Positions 17,459 to 25,082 of a DNA stretch of 64,000 nucleotides are shown here, in pieces (within the stretch, counting starts at the first letter, position 1; every line of letters begins with the position of its first letter). The notes beneath the pieces are model-generated. The model saw nothing but the letters and a program-made list of their open reading frames with translations, searched no databases and was not told where the DNA came from. Source of the DNA: Verrucomicrobiota bacterium (GTDB lineage Bacteria; Verrucomicrobiota; Verrucomicrobiia; Opitutales; Cerasicoccaceae); assembly GCA_039818205.1 (NCBI GenBank), contig JBCBUK010000004.1, positions 104,302 to 168,301 of the forward strand, in the 5' to 3' direction. The position numbers and the translations under genes were made by a program.

Positions 17459-18280
17459 TTACCCCTTTTTTGCTGCCTGCCTGGCCCGGAAACCGGTGTT
17501 GGCGTGTTCTTTCTTGTCGGTTGTGAGCCATGCTAGGATGGCGGAGAGGTTGTCGCCGGGCAGAAGTGGCAGAGGCCCTTTGTTGGGAAGGTAGATTCGG
17601 CTTTCGCACAAGGGGACCAATTTTTTGTCCAGACCCTCGGGGCGATCGCTCAAAATAATTGCGGATGGGCGGCCCGGGGCGCGGGGTGGTTTGTCCCACT
17701 TTGGACGGCTGGCACCTGGTCCACCGATACCGATCGCGAGGAAGTGAGATTCCAGCGGCTTCATCAGCGGGAGTAGCTTTCCGATCCGATAGCAGCGAAT
17801 ATGTTCCAACGCACCGTGGCTTCCGCTGTAGACGGCTCCATCGAGCTTGGCTTGCTCATCATTGTCGGCGAGGAGTGCTCGGCGCAGGCCAAAACTAACT
17901 GCGACGCGGAGCATCCGGCCCAGCTCGATCGGGTCGAGAATGCGGTCGATGATCAGTAGCGGCTCTCCGCTTTTCTGCCAATCGGCCAAGTGGGAAATTT
18001 GGAATTTGGGCTGGAGCGGCGGGTCAATAAATGCGATCAGGCCGTCGTGGTTTGGATGTTTGACCACACGGGTGAGCCGGTCATGGGTCTGCTGGGAATA
18101 GGAGCGCTTTTGGTCGGCCAGGTAGTGACAGATCTGGCCCATGCTACCCTGATTCTCTTCGGTTAGCCAAAGCTTTCGGAGGGCCTTGGGCCGATTCTCG
18201 TAAGTGGACTCGATCGCGGCTCGGCCGCAGATGATCCAATCCTCGGCGGGCGTTTGGTTGGCTGGAATGGGGGTGCTCAT
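17459..18280 (-). CDS. TrmH/SpoU-like (YfiF-like) SPOUT-fold protein with degenerate motifs
   Basis: ICGRAAI N-domain, HDGL, IDRILDPIELGRMLRVAVSFG, SHGALEH layout. Confidence 0.65.
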   Translation of the reverse strand: MSTPIPANQTPAEDWIICGRAAIESTYENRPKALRKLWLTEENQGSMGQICHYLADQKRSYSQQTHDRLTRVVKHPNHDGLIAFIDPPLQPKFQISHLADWQKSGEPLLIIDRILDPIELGRMLRVAVSFGLRRALLADNDEQAKLDGAVYSGSHGALEHIRCYRIGKLLPLMKPLESHFLAIGIGGPGASRPKWDKPPRAPGRPSAIILSDRPEGLDKKLVPLCESRIYLPNKGPLPLLPGDNLSAILAWLTTDKKEHANTGFRARQAAKKG

Positions 18281-18588
18281 GCGTTGTCGGTGCGTTGATC
18301 CTTGGATCGATTAGGCAATGGGTATTGCCGGGCGGCGGCCAGAATTGGCGGTATCAATGAGCGTCTAAAATTCATCGTAAGAGTCAGAACGGAAATTTTG
18401 CGGTCTGCAAGCCTAGTTCCGATGAGTGTGCGACCGCGAAATCGGGGAAATCGTTAACGGTAGAACGCGTTGATTGAGAGGGCAGCTGAGATGACGTTCA
18501 TTTGATGACTCACTGTTGCGGGATCTCAAGTACCGGTTCCTCGAATCGATAATGGACTATTTTGCGGGTCTCAGGTATCACAGATCGT

Positions 18589-19419
18589 ATGTCTACTGCA
18601 CGCTACTTTGTGATTGCCATGCTCACGGTGTGGGCGCCCTCGGCCCTAACGGCTGAAACCCTGACCTTTACGGGCGCCTCAAGCCGTAGTTGGTTTGATG
18701 TTGGAAACTGGAATGTCTTCGCCACGGGACAACCGGCTGGAGCGATTCCGGGAGCTACGGACGATGTAGTCGTTGATGGCGTAACTTTGGAGGTGCCCTC
18801 CAGCTTCGCGAGTCCAGCAAGCGTCCAGTTCAACAACCTTTCACTACTCAACAACGCCATACTGAACCTCAACGAAGGAGCGCTTTTCACCTTAAACGCC
18901 GCCTCGGGCGATGGCACGGCGTCCCTGAATACTTTTAGTGCAGGCGTGCAACCGGCAGGAGGCTTTGCGTCTGTAGGCGGCAGCATGAGGCTCAACCCAA
19001 GCGCCTTGTCCTCGACGGCGGCTGTCGCCACCGGGAGCGTCACCACGTTTTTTGGACTCGGCGGAACGACTCCAGCCAGTATTGGTAGCTACGGCAGCGG
19101 GCATTACGCGACGATCTCGTCGCCGGATGTTCAGCTGCAAGGAGACATCGACGTCGGGCTGTTTTACGGCTTTGTCCCAACCGCGGGCGACTCGTTCTTG
19201 ATTGTTGACGTCGGCACGTCGCTGACTGGTACCTTTGCCAATGCCGCCGAAGGCGCCGCAATTGCACGCTTTGGCGACGTCGATCTGACTATCACTTACA
19301 CCGGTGGGGACGGAAATGACGTTGCTCTCAATGCGGTTGCCGTTCCTGAACCAGCTGCGTTCGCGGGACTGTTGGGTTTGAGCGTTTTTGTCATCGCAAT
19401 GCGGCGCAACCGCAGATGA
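18589..19419 (+). CDS. PEP-CTERM exported protein with passenger-like beta-rich body
   Basis: Signal peptide, SWFDVGNW, ITYTGGDGNDV, C-terminal VPEP-TM-RRNRR. Confidence 0.85.
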   Translation: MSTARYFVIAMLTVWAPSALTAETLTFTGASSRSWFDVGNWNVFATGQPAGAIPGATDDVVVDGVTLEVPSSFASPASVQFNNLSLLNNAILNLNEGALFTLNAASGDGTASLNTFSAGVQPAGGFASVGGSMRLNPSALSSTAAVATGSVTTFFGLGGTTPASIGSYGSGHYATISSPDVQLQGDIDVGLFYGFVPTAGDSFLIVDVGTSLTGTFANAAEGAAIARFGDVDLTITYTGGDGNDVALNAVAVPEPAAFAGLLGLSVFVIAMRRNRR

Positions 19420-19600
19420 TCCAGTGCCCAGTCAGAGCTCGGTAGACTGGATGGGCGGTGAGTAGTGATTGGAGCTGGTCGATATTTGTTAGTCGGTATT
19501 TAGGTGTCCGATATTATAGCTTGCAGAAAGTTGTCGAACCGCAATACTTGGTCGTGAGTGTCTCTTAAAAGTTTTCGGTAAATTTTAAGATTTATTTATC

Positions 19601-20398
19601 ATGATTATCTACGGTTCTCGAATGTATGGCCGATCGAACGAAGTTCGAAGTAAAGGGCGATGCGAACACTGCGGCGTTCACGGCAATTTGCATAGTTACG
19701 ATGGCAGAAAATGGGGACACTTGTATTTTATCCCATTAGTCCCCTCGGGTGGTAAGGTGCGCGTCCTTCGCGAATGCAAGAGCTGCAATGTGGGCAGCCA
19801 TATTCCGATCGAGACGATTCCAACCATTGCCGAGTCGATGCGCGAGAACCTGGATCAGGCGATTATTGCGGCTGGTGCCCAACAGACACACTTTGAGGCC
19901 GAAGGGCAATCGGTCTCCACAATTGCGGTTATCGGCAGTAACATTGAGGACATGTATTGTATGCTTGGCGAGGAGGAGACTGTCCAAATTCTGGATAGTC
20001 TTCGATCTGTCGGTCAGGGGCCGGAACTCATATTGGCCGAGGCGAAATATGCGGAAACAAAAGGGCATCGGGATGCGGCTCATCAAAAGTATACCGAGCT
20101 AAGCCAGTTGACGAAAGATCCCATCGCGCAGTTTCATCATGCTAGTTTTCTGTTCGATCATGGGATGGTTGAGGAGGCGATTGCGGTGGCTGAGCCTTTA
20201 GAGATGGAGCATGTGGAAGATTTGGGCCTGAAGGATTTTCTCATCAAATGCTATACTGCCACCAAGCAGTGGACGAAGCTCGCGGATACCTACGAAAACT
20301 GTTTCCTGATTGTGCCCGAGAGCCTGCAAGACAAGAAGATCTACAAGGATTATAAGAAGGCCTGTAAGAAAGCTGGCCGCACGCCGCAGAAGAAATAG
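19601..20398 (+). CDS. zinc-ribbon protein with helical/TPR-like C-terminus
   Basis: MIIYG start, CEHC...HLYFIPL...CKSC. Confidence 0.7.
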   Translation: MIIYGSRMYGRSNEVRSKGRCEHCGVHGNLHSYDGRKWGHLYFIPLVPSGGKVRVLRECKSCNVGSHIPIETIPTIAESMRENLDQAIIAAGAQQTHFEAEGQSVSTIAVIGSNIEDMYCMLGEEETVQILDSLRSVGQGPELILAEAKYAETKGHRDAAHQKYTELSQLTKDPIAQFHHASFLFDHGMVEEAIAVAEPLEMEHVEDLGLKDFLIKCYTATKQWTKLADTYENCFLIVPESLQDKKIYKDYKKACKKAGRTPQKK

Positions 20399-20414
20399 GA
20401 TCGGGGAAGAAACA

Positions 20415-20810
20415 TTGAAGACCTACGTTCAATTCAAATCCGATAAGTTTCCTCCCTATGAAAATGAAGAAGAGGAGATAAATCCTGGTCTCTGGGGACG
20501 TCGGTTGGCGGAATATTTATTTACCCATCTAAAGGAAAAAGGAATCCCAACCGAAGAGCCGATTGCGGAAGACTGGGGCTACTACATTCCCATCGAGAAT
20601 AAAGAATTTCGACTGGCTATCTGCTGCGGACACCAAAATGGAGACGACGATGAGTTTCTGTGCTTCACGGAACCAAGGACTCCAACCGTCAAAAAGCTAT
20701 TCAAGAAGATCGATGCTTCGACTCAGCTAGAACGCATAACGAAAGCGATGAACGAAATCTTTAGCTCTGATCCGGAGATTAGAGAGCTCGAATGGACTGA
20801 ACCATTCTAA
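20415..20810 (+). CDS. hypothetical protein, cassette-like (TTG start inferred)
   Basis: Protein-like ORF (FKSDKFPP, EDWGYY) starting just after the upstream stop; more AT-rich than its neighbours. Confidence 0.65.
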   Translation: MKTYVQFKSDKFPPYENEEEEINPGLWGRRLAEYLFTHLKEKGIPTEEPIAEDWGYYIPIENKEFRLAICCGHQNGDDDEFLCFTEPRTPTVKKLFKKIDASTQLERITKAMNEIFSSDPEIRELEWTEPF

Positions 20811-20811
20811 T

Positions 20812-20887
20812 CACGAACCAGCCAGGGGATGACAACTCCGAGTCGTGCTTGCCGCACTACTCTCAGCGAATCCCCTTCACGATCGGG
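20812..20887 (+). mobile_element. attC-like imperfect palindrome
   Basis: CGAAC-cagcc-AGGGGAT...GAGT-GTGC/GCAC-ACTC...ATCCCCT-tcac-GATCGG immediately after a stop codon. Confidence 0.45.
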
Positions 20888-21021
20888 TGGTGGTTGATTC
20901 GTCGGTGGAGTCTATCCGAACGGGTCCTACGCGTTATCCCAAATTGAGGGGTTAGGAATAGCTTTGCTTGCCATTGTTGGGAGAACCCGTTAGCGAGTTT
21001 TTGGAAATACTGCTTCTGGCT

Positions 21022-21459
21022 ATGGAATTAACGGCGTTTACTGACTACTCTCTGCGAGTGCTTATGTTTTTGGCACAGAACGATGGTCGGCAGTCGTCGA
21101 TTGATGAGCTGGCCGAGTATTATGACCTGTCTCGCCACCATGTGGCCAAGATCACAGGCCGTTTGTCCAAGGCAGGCTTTTTGGTTTCCAGTCGTGGCAA
21201 ACACGGCGGAGTTGCATTGGCGATGGATGCAAAAGACATCAACTTGGCGGCGGTCGTTAAGCAGACCGAACCGCATTTTAACCTGGTTGAGTGTTTCGCG
21301 GACGGGAAAAATGGCTGCCGCTTGAGCGAATGTTGCCGCTTAAAAGGCATCCTGCTCGGTGCTCGTGCACAATTTTTTAGTTATCTGGAAAAATTTACCC
21401 TCGCGGATGCCGTTGCCGGAAAATGGCCAGCGCCAGCCGAGGTGTCCGGATCTAAGTGA
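21022..21459 (+). CDS. nsrR: Rrf2-family NO-sensing repressor, NsrR-like
   Basis: MELTAFTDYSLRVL, SRGKHGG wing, LVECF-x-C-x-CRLK Fe-S cysteines; globin in the adjacent operon. Confidence 0.85.
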   Translation: MELTAFTDYSLRVLMFLAQNDGRQSSIDELAEYYDLSRHHVAKITGRLSKAGFLVSSRGKHGGVALAMDAKDINLAAVVKQTEPHFNLVECFADGKNGCRLSECCRLKGILLGARAQFFSYLEKFTLADAVAGKWPAPAEVSGSK

Positions 21460-21563
21460 TTACGGCGTTTCAGTCCGTATTACTGTTTGGGCATGAGTTT
21501 AATTCATGCATCAAATGCATTTTTTTGAATAGGAATTTTTCAAGAATCTTGGATCATTTTTAA

Positions 21564-21586
21564 AAGTGGCATTCTCGATGCTATTT
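21564..21586. promoter_or_regulatory. candidate NsrR operator (11-1-11 inverted repeat)
   Basis: AAGTGGCATTCTCGATGCTATTT, GCAT-N5-ATGC core, 42 bp upstream of the operon ATG. Confidence 0.55.
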
Positions 21587-21628
21587 TGGGTTCGCAATTA
21601 TTCGACTTCACCCAAAACGACTAGCATC

Positions 21629-22234
21629 ATGAAAAAAACGATTATCGCTATTGCGCTTGGTATGGGCGCGATTGGTACCGCTGGGTTAATTACTGGCTGT
21701 TCTGATTCCGGGGCCAAGGAAGCTGCGGCTCCTCCCGGTGTTTCCTTCGAAAAACTCACCGACGCACTGCACATGGTGCTCGAGAACGACCGCACCGTTT
21801 ACACGCAGAAGGTCGTCAACCGTCTCGTCAAGGACGACAAAGTCATCAAAGCCAGTGAACACTGGACCGAAGACAAAGCCTTGCCACTTCCCGCTCAAAT
21901 GTTCCGCATGGGCGCTGAATTGACCGCCGAAAAGGACGCTTGGTTCAACTACTCATTGCAGTCGCTGTGGCCGATCAACAAGTCGAACGCTGCTGGCCAA
22001 ACTGCAATTGAGAAAGAAGGCCTTGAGTTTGTTGCGGCCAATGGTGGCTCGGCACCGTTCTATGGTAAAGAGACCTTGGGCGGCCAAGAGTATTTCACTG
22101 CGGTATACGCAGACGTTGCCGTTGCGCCGGTTTGTGTGACCTGCCACAACGAGCACAAGGATAGCCCAAAGACTGACTTCAAACTTGGAGATGTCATGGG
22201 TGGTGTTGTGATTCGCATCCCAATGGACTCCTAG
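21629..22234 (+). CDS. DUF3365/Tll0287-like monoheme c lipoprotein
   Basis: Lipobox LITGC, LPLPAQMFR, SLWPIN, CVTCH, GDVMGGVVIRIP. Confidence 0.8.
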   Translation: MKKTIIAIALGMGAIGTAGLITGCSDSGAKEAAAPPGVSFEKLTDALHMVLENDRTVYTQKVVNRLVKDDKVIKASEHWTEDKALPLPAQMFRMGAELTAEKDAWFNYSLQSLWPINKSNAAGQTAIEKEGLEFVAANGGSAPFYGKETLGGQEYFTAVYADVAVAPVCVTCHNEHKDSPKTDFKLGDVMGGVVIRIPMDS

Positions 22235-22244
22235 TGCCTGTGGT

Positions 22245-22682
22245 GTGAAAAATCTATTCTGGATCAACGCCAGTTTGGCAAGTGTTGCCCTGCTAGTGTC
22301 TGCCCTCCTGGGCGGATGCGGCGGGGACGACGCGTCTTCTGAGGCTGAGGTGAAGCGTCCTGACGCGACTCCCGCCAAAGCGGAACGTCTGGATCCCATG
22401 GCCTTGGTGCTGACTGATCCAAAATTAACTGAAGGGCGAGACATTTGGATTCCAAAGTGTGGGCAATGCCACCTCACCGGCTTAGGCGGTGCGCCGATTA
22501 TCGGCGATAAGGAAGCCTGGGCAGACCGCATCGCACAGGGTAACGAGACGTTGTATGATCACGCGATCAACGGATTCTCTGGGCCGAAGATGCTGATCAT
22601 GCCACCCAAAGGCGGTTTCTCCGAGTTGACCGATGACCAGGTCAAGCTTGCGGTGGACTTCGTCGTTTTCGCCAGCCAGTAG
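22245..22682 (+). CDS. cytochrome c5-type lipoprotein
   Basis: Lipobox LGGC, CGQCH, GAP..GDKEAWADRIAQG, MPPKGG. Confidence 0.88.
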   Translation: MKNLFWINASLASVALLVSALLGGCGGDDASSEAEVKRPDATPAKAERLDPMALVLTDPKLTEGRDIWIPKCGQCHLTGLGGAPIIGDKEAWADRIAQGNETLYDHAINGFSGPKMLIMPPKGGFSELTDDQVKLAVDFVVFASQ

Positions 22683-22716
22683 CTGACCATTTAAAATCGA
22701 AAAGGAAAGAAATAAT

Positions 22717-23094
22717 ATGAGTACTCTATATGATAAGTTGGGTGGCGAACCAGCCATCGACGCCGCTGTCGACATTTTCTACGTCAAGGTTTTGGCGGAT
22801 GACCGTATCAAGCACTTCTTTGAAGGTATCGATATGGACAAAATGCGCGACCACCAGAAAAAGTTTCTCACCTTCGCCTTTGGCGGACCAAGCCGTTACT
22901 CCGGTCGCAGCATGGGCCCAGCACACGCGCGCCTGGTTGAAGAGATGGGTTTGAATGACACGCACTTTGACGCGGTTATCGAAAACCTTGGTGCAACCTT
23001 GGTTGAGTTGAATGTTCCCGAAGAACTGATCAACGAAGCCGCTGGTATCGCCCTTAGCGTACGGGATGACGTCCTTGGGCGCGCACCGGCTTAA
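22717..23094 (+). CDS. glbN: group I truncated hemoglobin
   Basis: TLYDKLGG, FY (B9-B10), FGGP, YSGRSM..AH proximal His, HFDAV. Confidence 0.92.
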   Translation: MSTLYDKLGGEPAIDAAVDIFYVKVLADDRIKHFFEGIDMDKMRDHQKKFLTFAFGGPSRYSGRSMGPAHARLVEEMGLNDTHFDAVIENLGATLVELNVPEELINEAAGIALSVRDDVLGRAPA

Positions 23095-23108
23095 GGCGAA
23101 CAAACATC

Positions 23109-25082
23109 TTGGGTAAAACAACTCCCAGTTCTGACGCCGACCCGCTTGTCATTGTTGGCAATGGTATGGTGAGTTGGCGTCTTTGTCAGCAGCTGGTGGA
23201 CCGCGGGGTTCACCAGCAGCGCAAGATTGTTGTATTCGGTGAGGAACCACGGGCTGCCTATGACCGGGTTAACCTCACCAAAATGTTTGGCCTCACCGAT
23301 CCAGACGAACTGTTGTTGGCGAAGGCAGAGTGGTATGATAAGCACGCGATTCGCCGTGAATCTGATCGCCACATCCTTTCGATCGACCGGGAAGCGCAAA
23401 CGGTTCTCGACGACGGGGGAAACCTTACGTCCTTCTCGGACTGCGTGATTGCCACGGGTAGTCGCGCATTCGTGCCAGAGATTGATGGCGCTCGCCTACC
23501 GGGTGTCTTTGTTTATCGGACGATCGCAGACGTCGAAGCGATCAAAGAGGCCGCAACCTCGGCTAAGCGCGGATTAGTCGTCGGTGGCGGATTGTTGGGC
23601 CTGGAAGCGGCGGATGAGCTGCGCCGCCAGGGAATTGAGACCTGCATTGTGCAGAGCTCAAACTGTTTGATGAGCCGGCAGCTGAATCCGGATAGTGCGG
23701 GTTATCTCCTGCGTGAAGTCGCGAGTTTGGGCATGAGCGTTCGGCTCACCACGCGAACGGAATCGATCGAGCAAGTCGACTGTCACCTCCGGGTCAATTT
23801 TGACCAGGGTGAACCGATGGACGTCGACCTGGTGGTACTCGCGGCTGGCGTTCGCCCTCGCGATGAACTCGCCCACGATGCTGAGCTTCCGGTGGCCATT
23901 CGTGGCGGAATCATCATCGATGACAATTTACAAACTGAAGACCCCAACGTGTTTGCGATTGGGGAATGTGTCTCACACCACGGTGTCCTGTATGGCATCG
24001 TTGCCCCAGGTTACCAACAAGCGGACTGCTTGGCAGCTCGATTTGCCGGTGAGAATAAACAATACGAGGGCAGTGACCAATCGTGCCGGCTTAAGCTACT
24101 CGGCGTCGAGGTCAGCGTATTTGGAGACTATTTTGGAGAAGGCTTGACCCATGTCTACCGCGGAGCGGACAGCTACCGATCGATTGTCACCCAACGGGGT
24201 CGATTGATTGGGGCAACGGTGGTCGGTGAGTGGAAGCATACGACTCTAATCGAACGTGCCGTTCAGGAGCGGCGCCCACTGAGCCAGAAGCTCTGCGATG
24301 AGTTTGCACTGACCGGCGAGCTCTTCCGTGACACACAAGAAGAGACTGTGTTGTCGTGGCCCGATAGGGCCTTGATTTGTCATTGCACGAGCACGAATTG
24401 TGGTGTCTTGCGCGAGGCGGTTATGGGCGGTTGCGCGACGGTTAAAGAGCTATCGTCTAAGACGGGCGCCGGCAGCGTTTGTGGATCATGCATTCCACAG
24501 CTGGCGGAATTTGTTGGTGAAGATGGCCAAGCACTGGCTGCAGCGGGAGCGCCGAAGGGTAAACTGCTCCTTACGATTTCCGCGGTCATTGGTTTCATCA
24601 TGGTTCTGGTGTTTTTCTTTGTTCCAGGACTCCCGGCAGCCGAATCGGTCCAAACCTCCTACTATGAGTTTACTCAGATCTGGCAGGATTCGATAACGAA
24701 GCAAATTACGGGGTATACCCTGGCGGGGATTTCCGTGGTGGCCTTATTGTTGTCGGTACGGAAGCGCATCAAATTTATTTCCTTCGGGAACTATGGTTTC
24801 TGGCGGGCGGCCCATTCATGGCTCGGGGTTTCAACCATCGTGGTGTTGTTTTTCCATACGGGCCTACACTTGGGCGAGAATCTAAACCTCTGGCTGTTGA
24901 TGTGTTTCCTTGGATTGAATCTGGCCGGAGCAATGGCGGCAATTGCGGTGGCCACCGAGAAACGGTTCAGCGGATTCTGGGGAATGCGTCTGCGGCGATG
25001 GGCTCTTTCGTCACATTTGGTCTTTTTTATTCCGTACCCAGTGCTGCTTGGGTTCCACATCGCTAAGGTTTATCTCTACTGA
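23109..25082 (+). CDS. NirB-like FAD/NAD oxidoreductase + BFD [2Fe-2S] + His-rich membrane domain; no siroheme domain
   Basis: GNGM, YDRVNL, ATGS, GGGLLGLEAA, AIGEC, LKLLGV; CHC...CGSC; ~5 TM helices with 4 spaced His. Confidence 0.85.
   Translation: MGKTTPSSDADPLVIVGNGMVSWRLCQQLVDRGVHQQRKIVVFGEEPRAAYDRVNLTKMFGLTDPDELLLAKAEWYDKHAIRRESDRHILSIDREAQTVLDDGGNLTSFSDCVIATGSRAFVPEIDGARLPGVFVYRTIADVEAIKEAATSAKRGLVVGGGLLGLEAADELRRQGIETCIVQSSNCLMSRQLNPDSAGYLLREVASLGMSVRLTTRTESIEQVDCHLRVNFDQGEPMDVDLVVLAAGVRPRDELAHDAELPVAIRGGIIIDDNLQTEDPNVFAIGECVSHHGVLYGIVAPGYQQADCLAARFAGENKQYEGSDQSCRLKLLGVEVSVFGDYFGEGLTHVYRGADSYRSIVTQRGRLIGATVVGEWKHTTLIERAVQERRPLSQKLCDEFALTGELFRDTQEETVLSWPDRALICHCTSTNCGVLREAVMGGCATVKELSSKTGAGSVCGSCIPQLAEFVGEDGQALAAAGAPKGKLLLTISAVIGFIMVLVFFFVPGLPAAESVQTSYYEFTQIWQDSITKQITGYTLAGISVVALLLSVRKRIKFISFGNYGFWRAAHSWLGVSTIVVLFFHTGLHLGENLNLWLLMCFLGLNLAGAMAAIAVATEKRFSGFWGMRLRRWALSSHLVFFIPYPVLLGFHIAKVYLY

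Noticed and set aside
23109..25082. Calling this gene nirB
   Set aside because: No siroheme/[4Fe-4S] domain and no nirD
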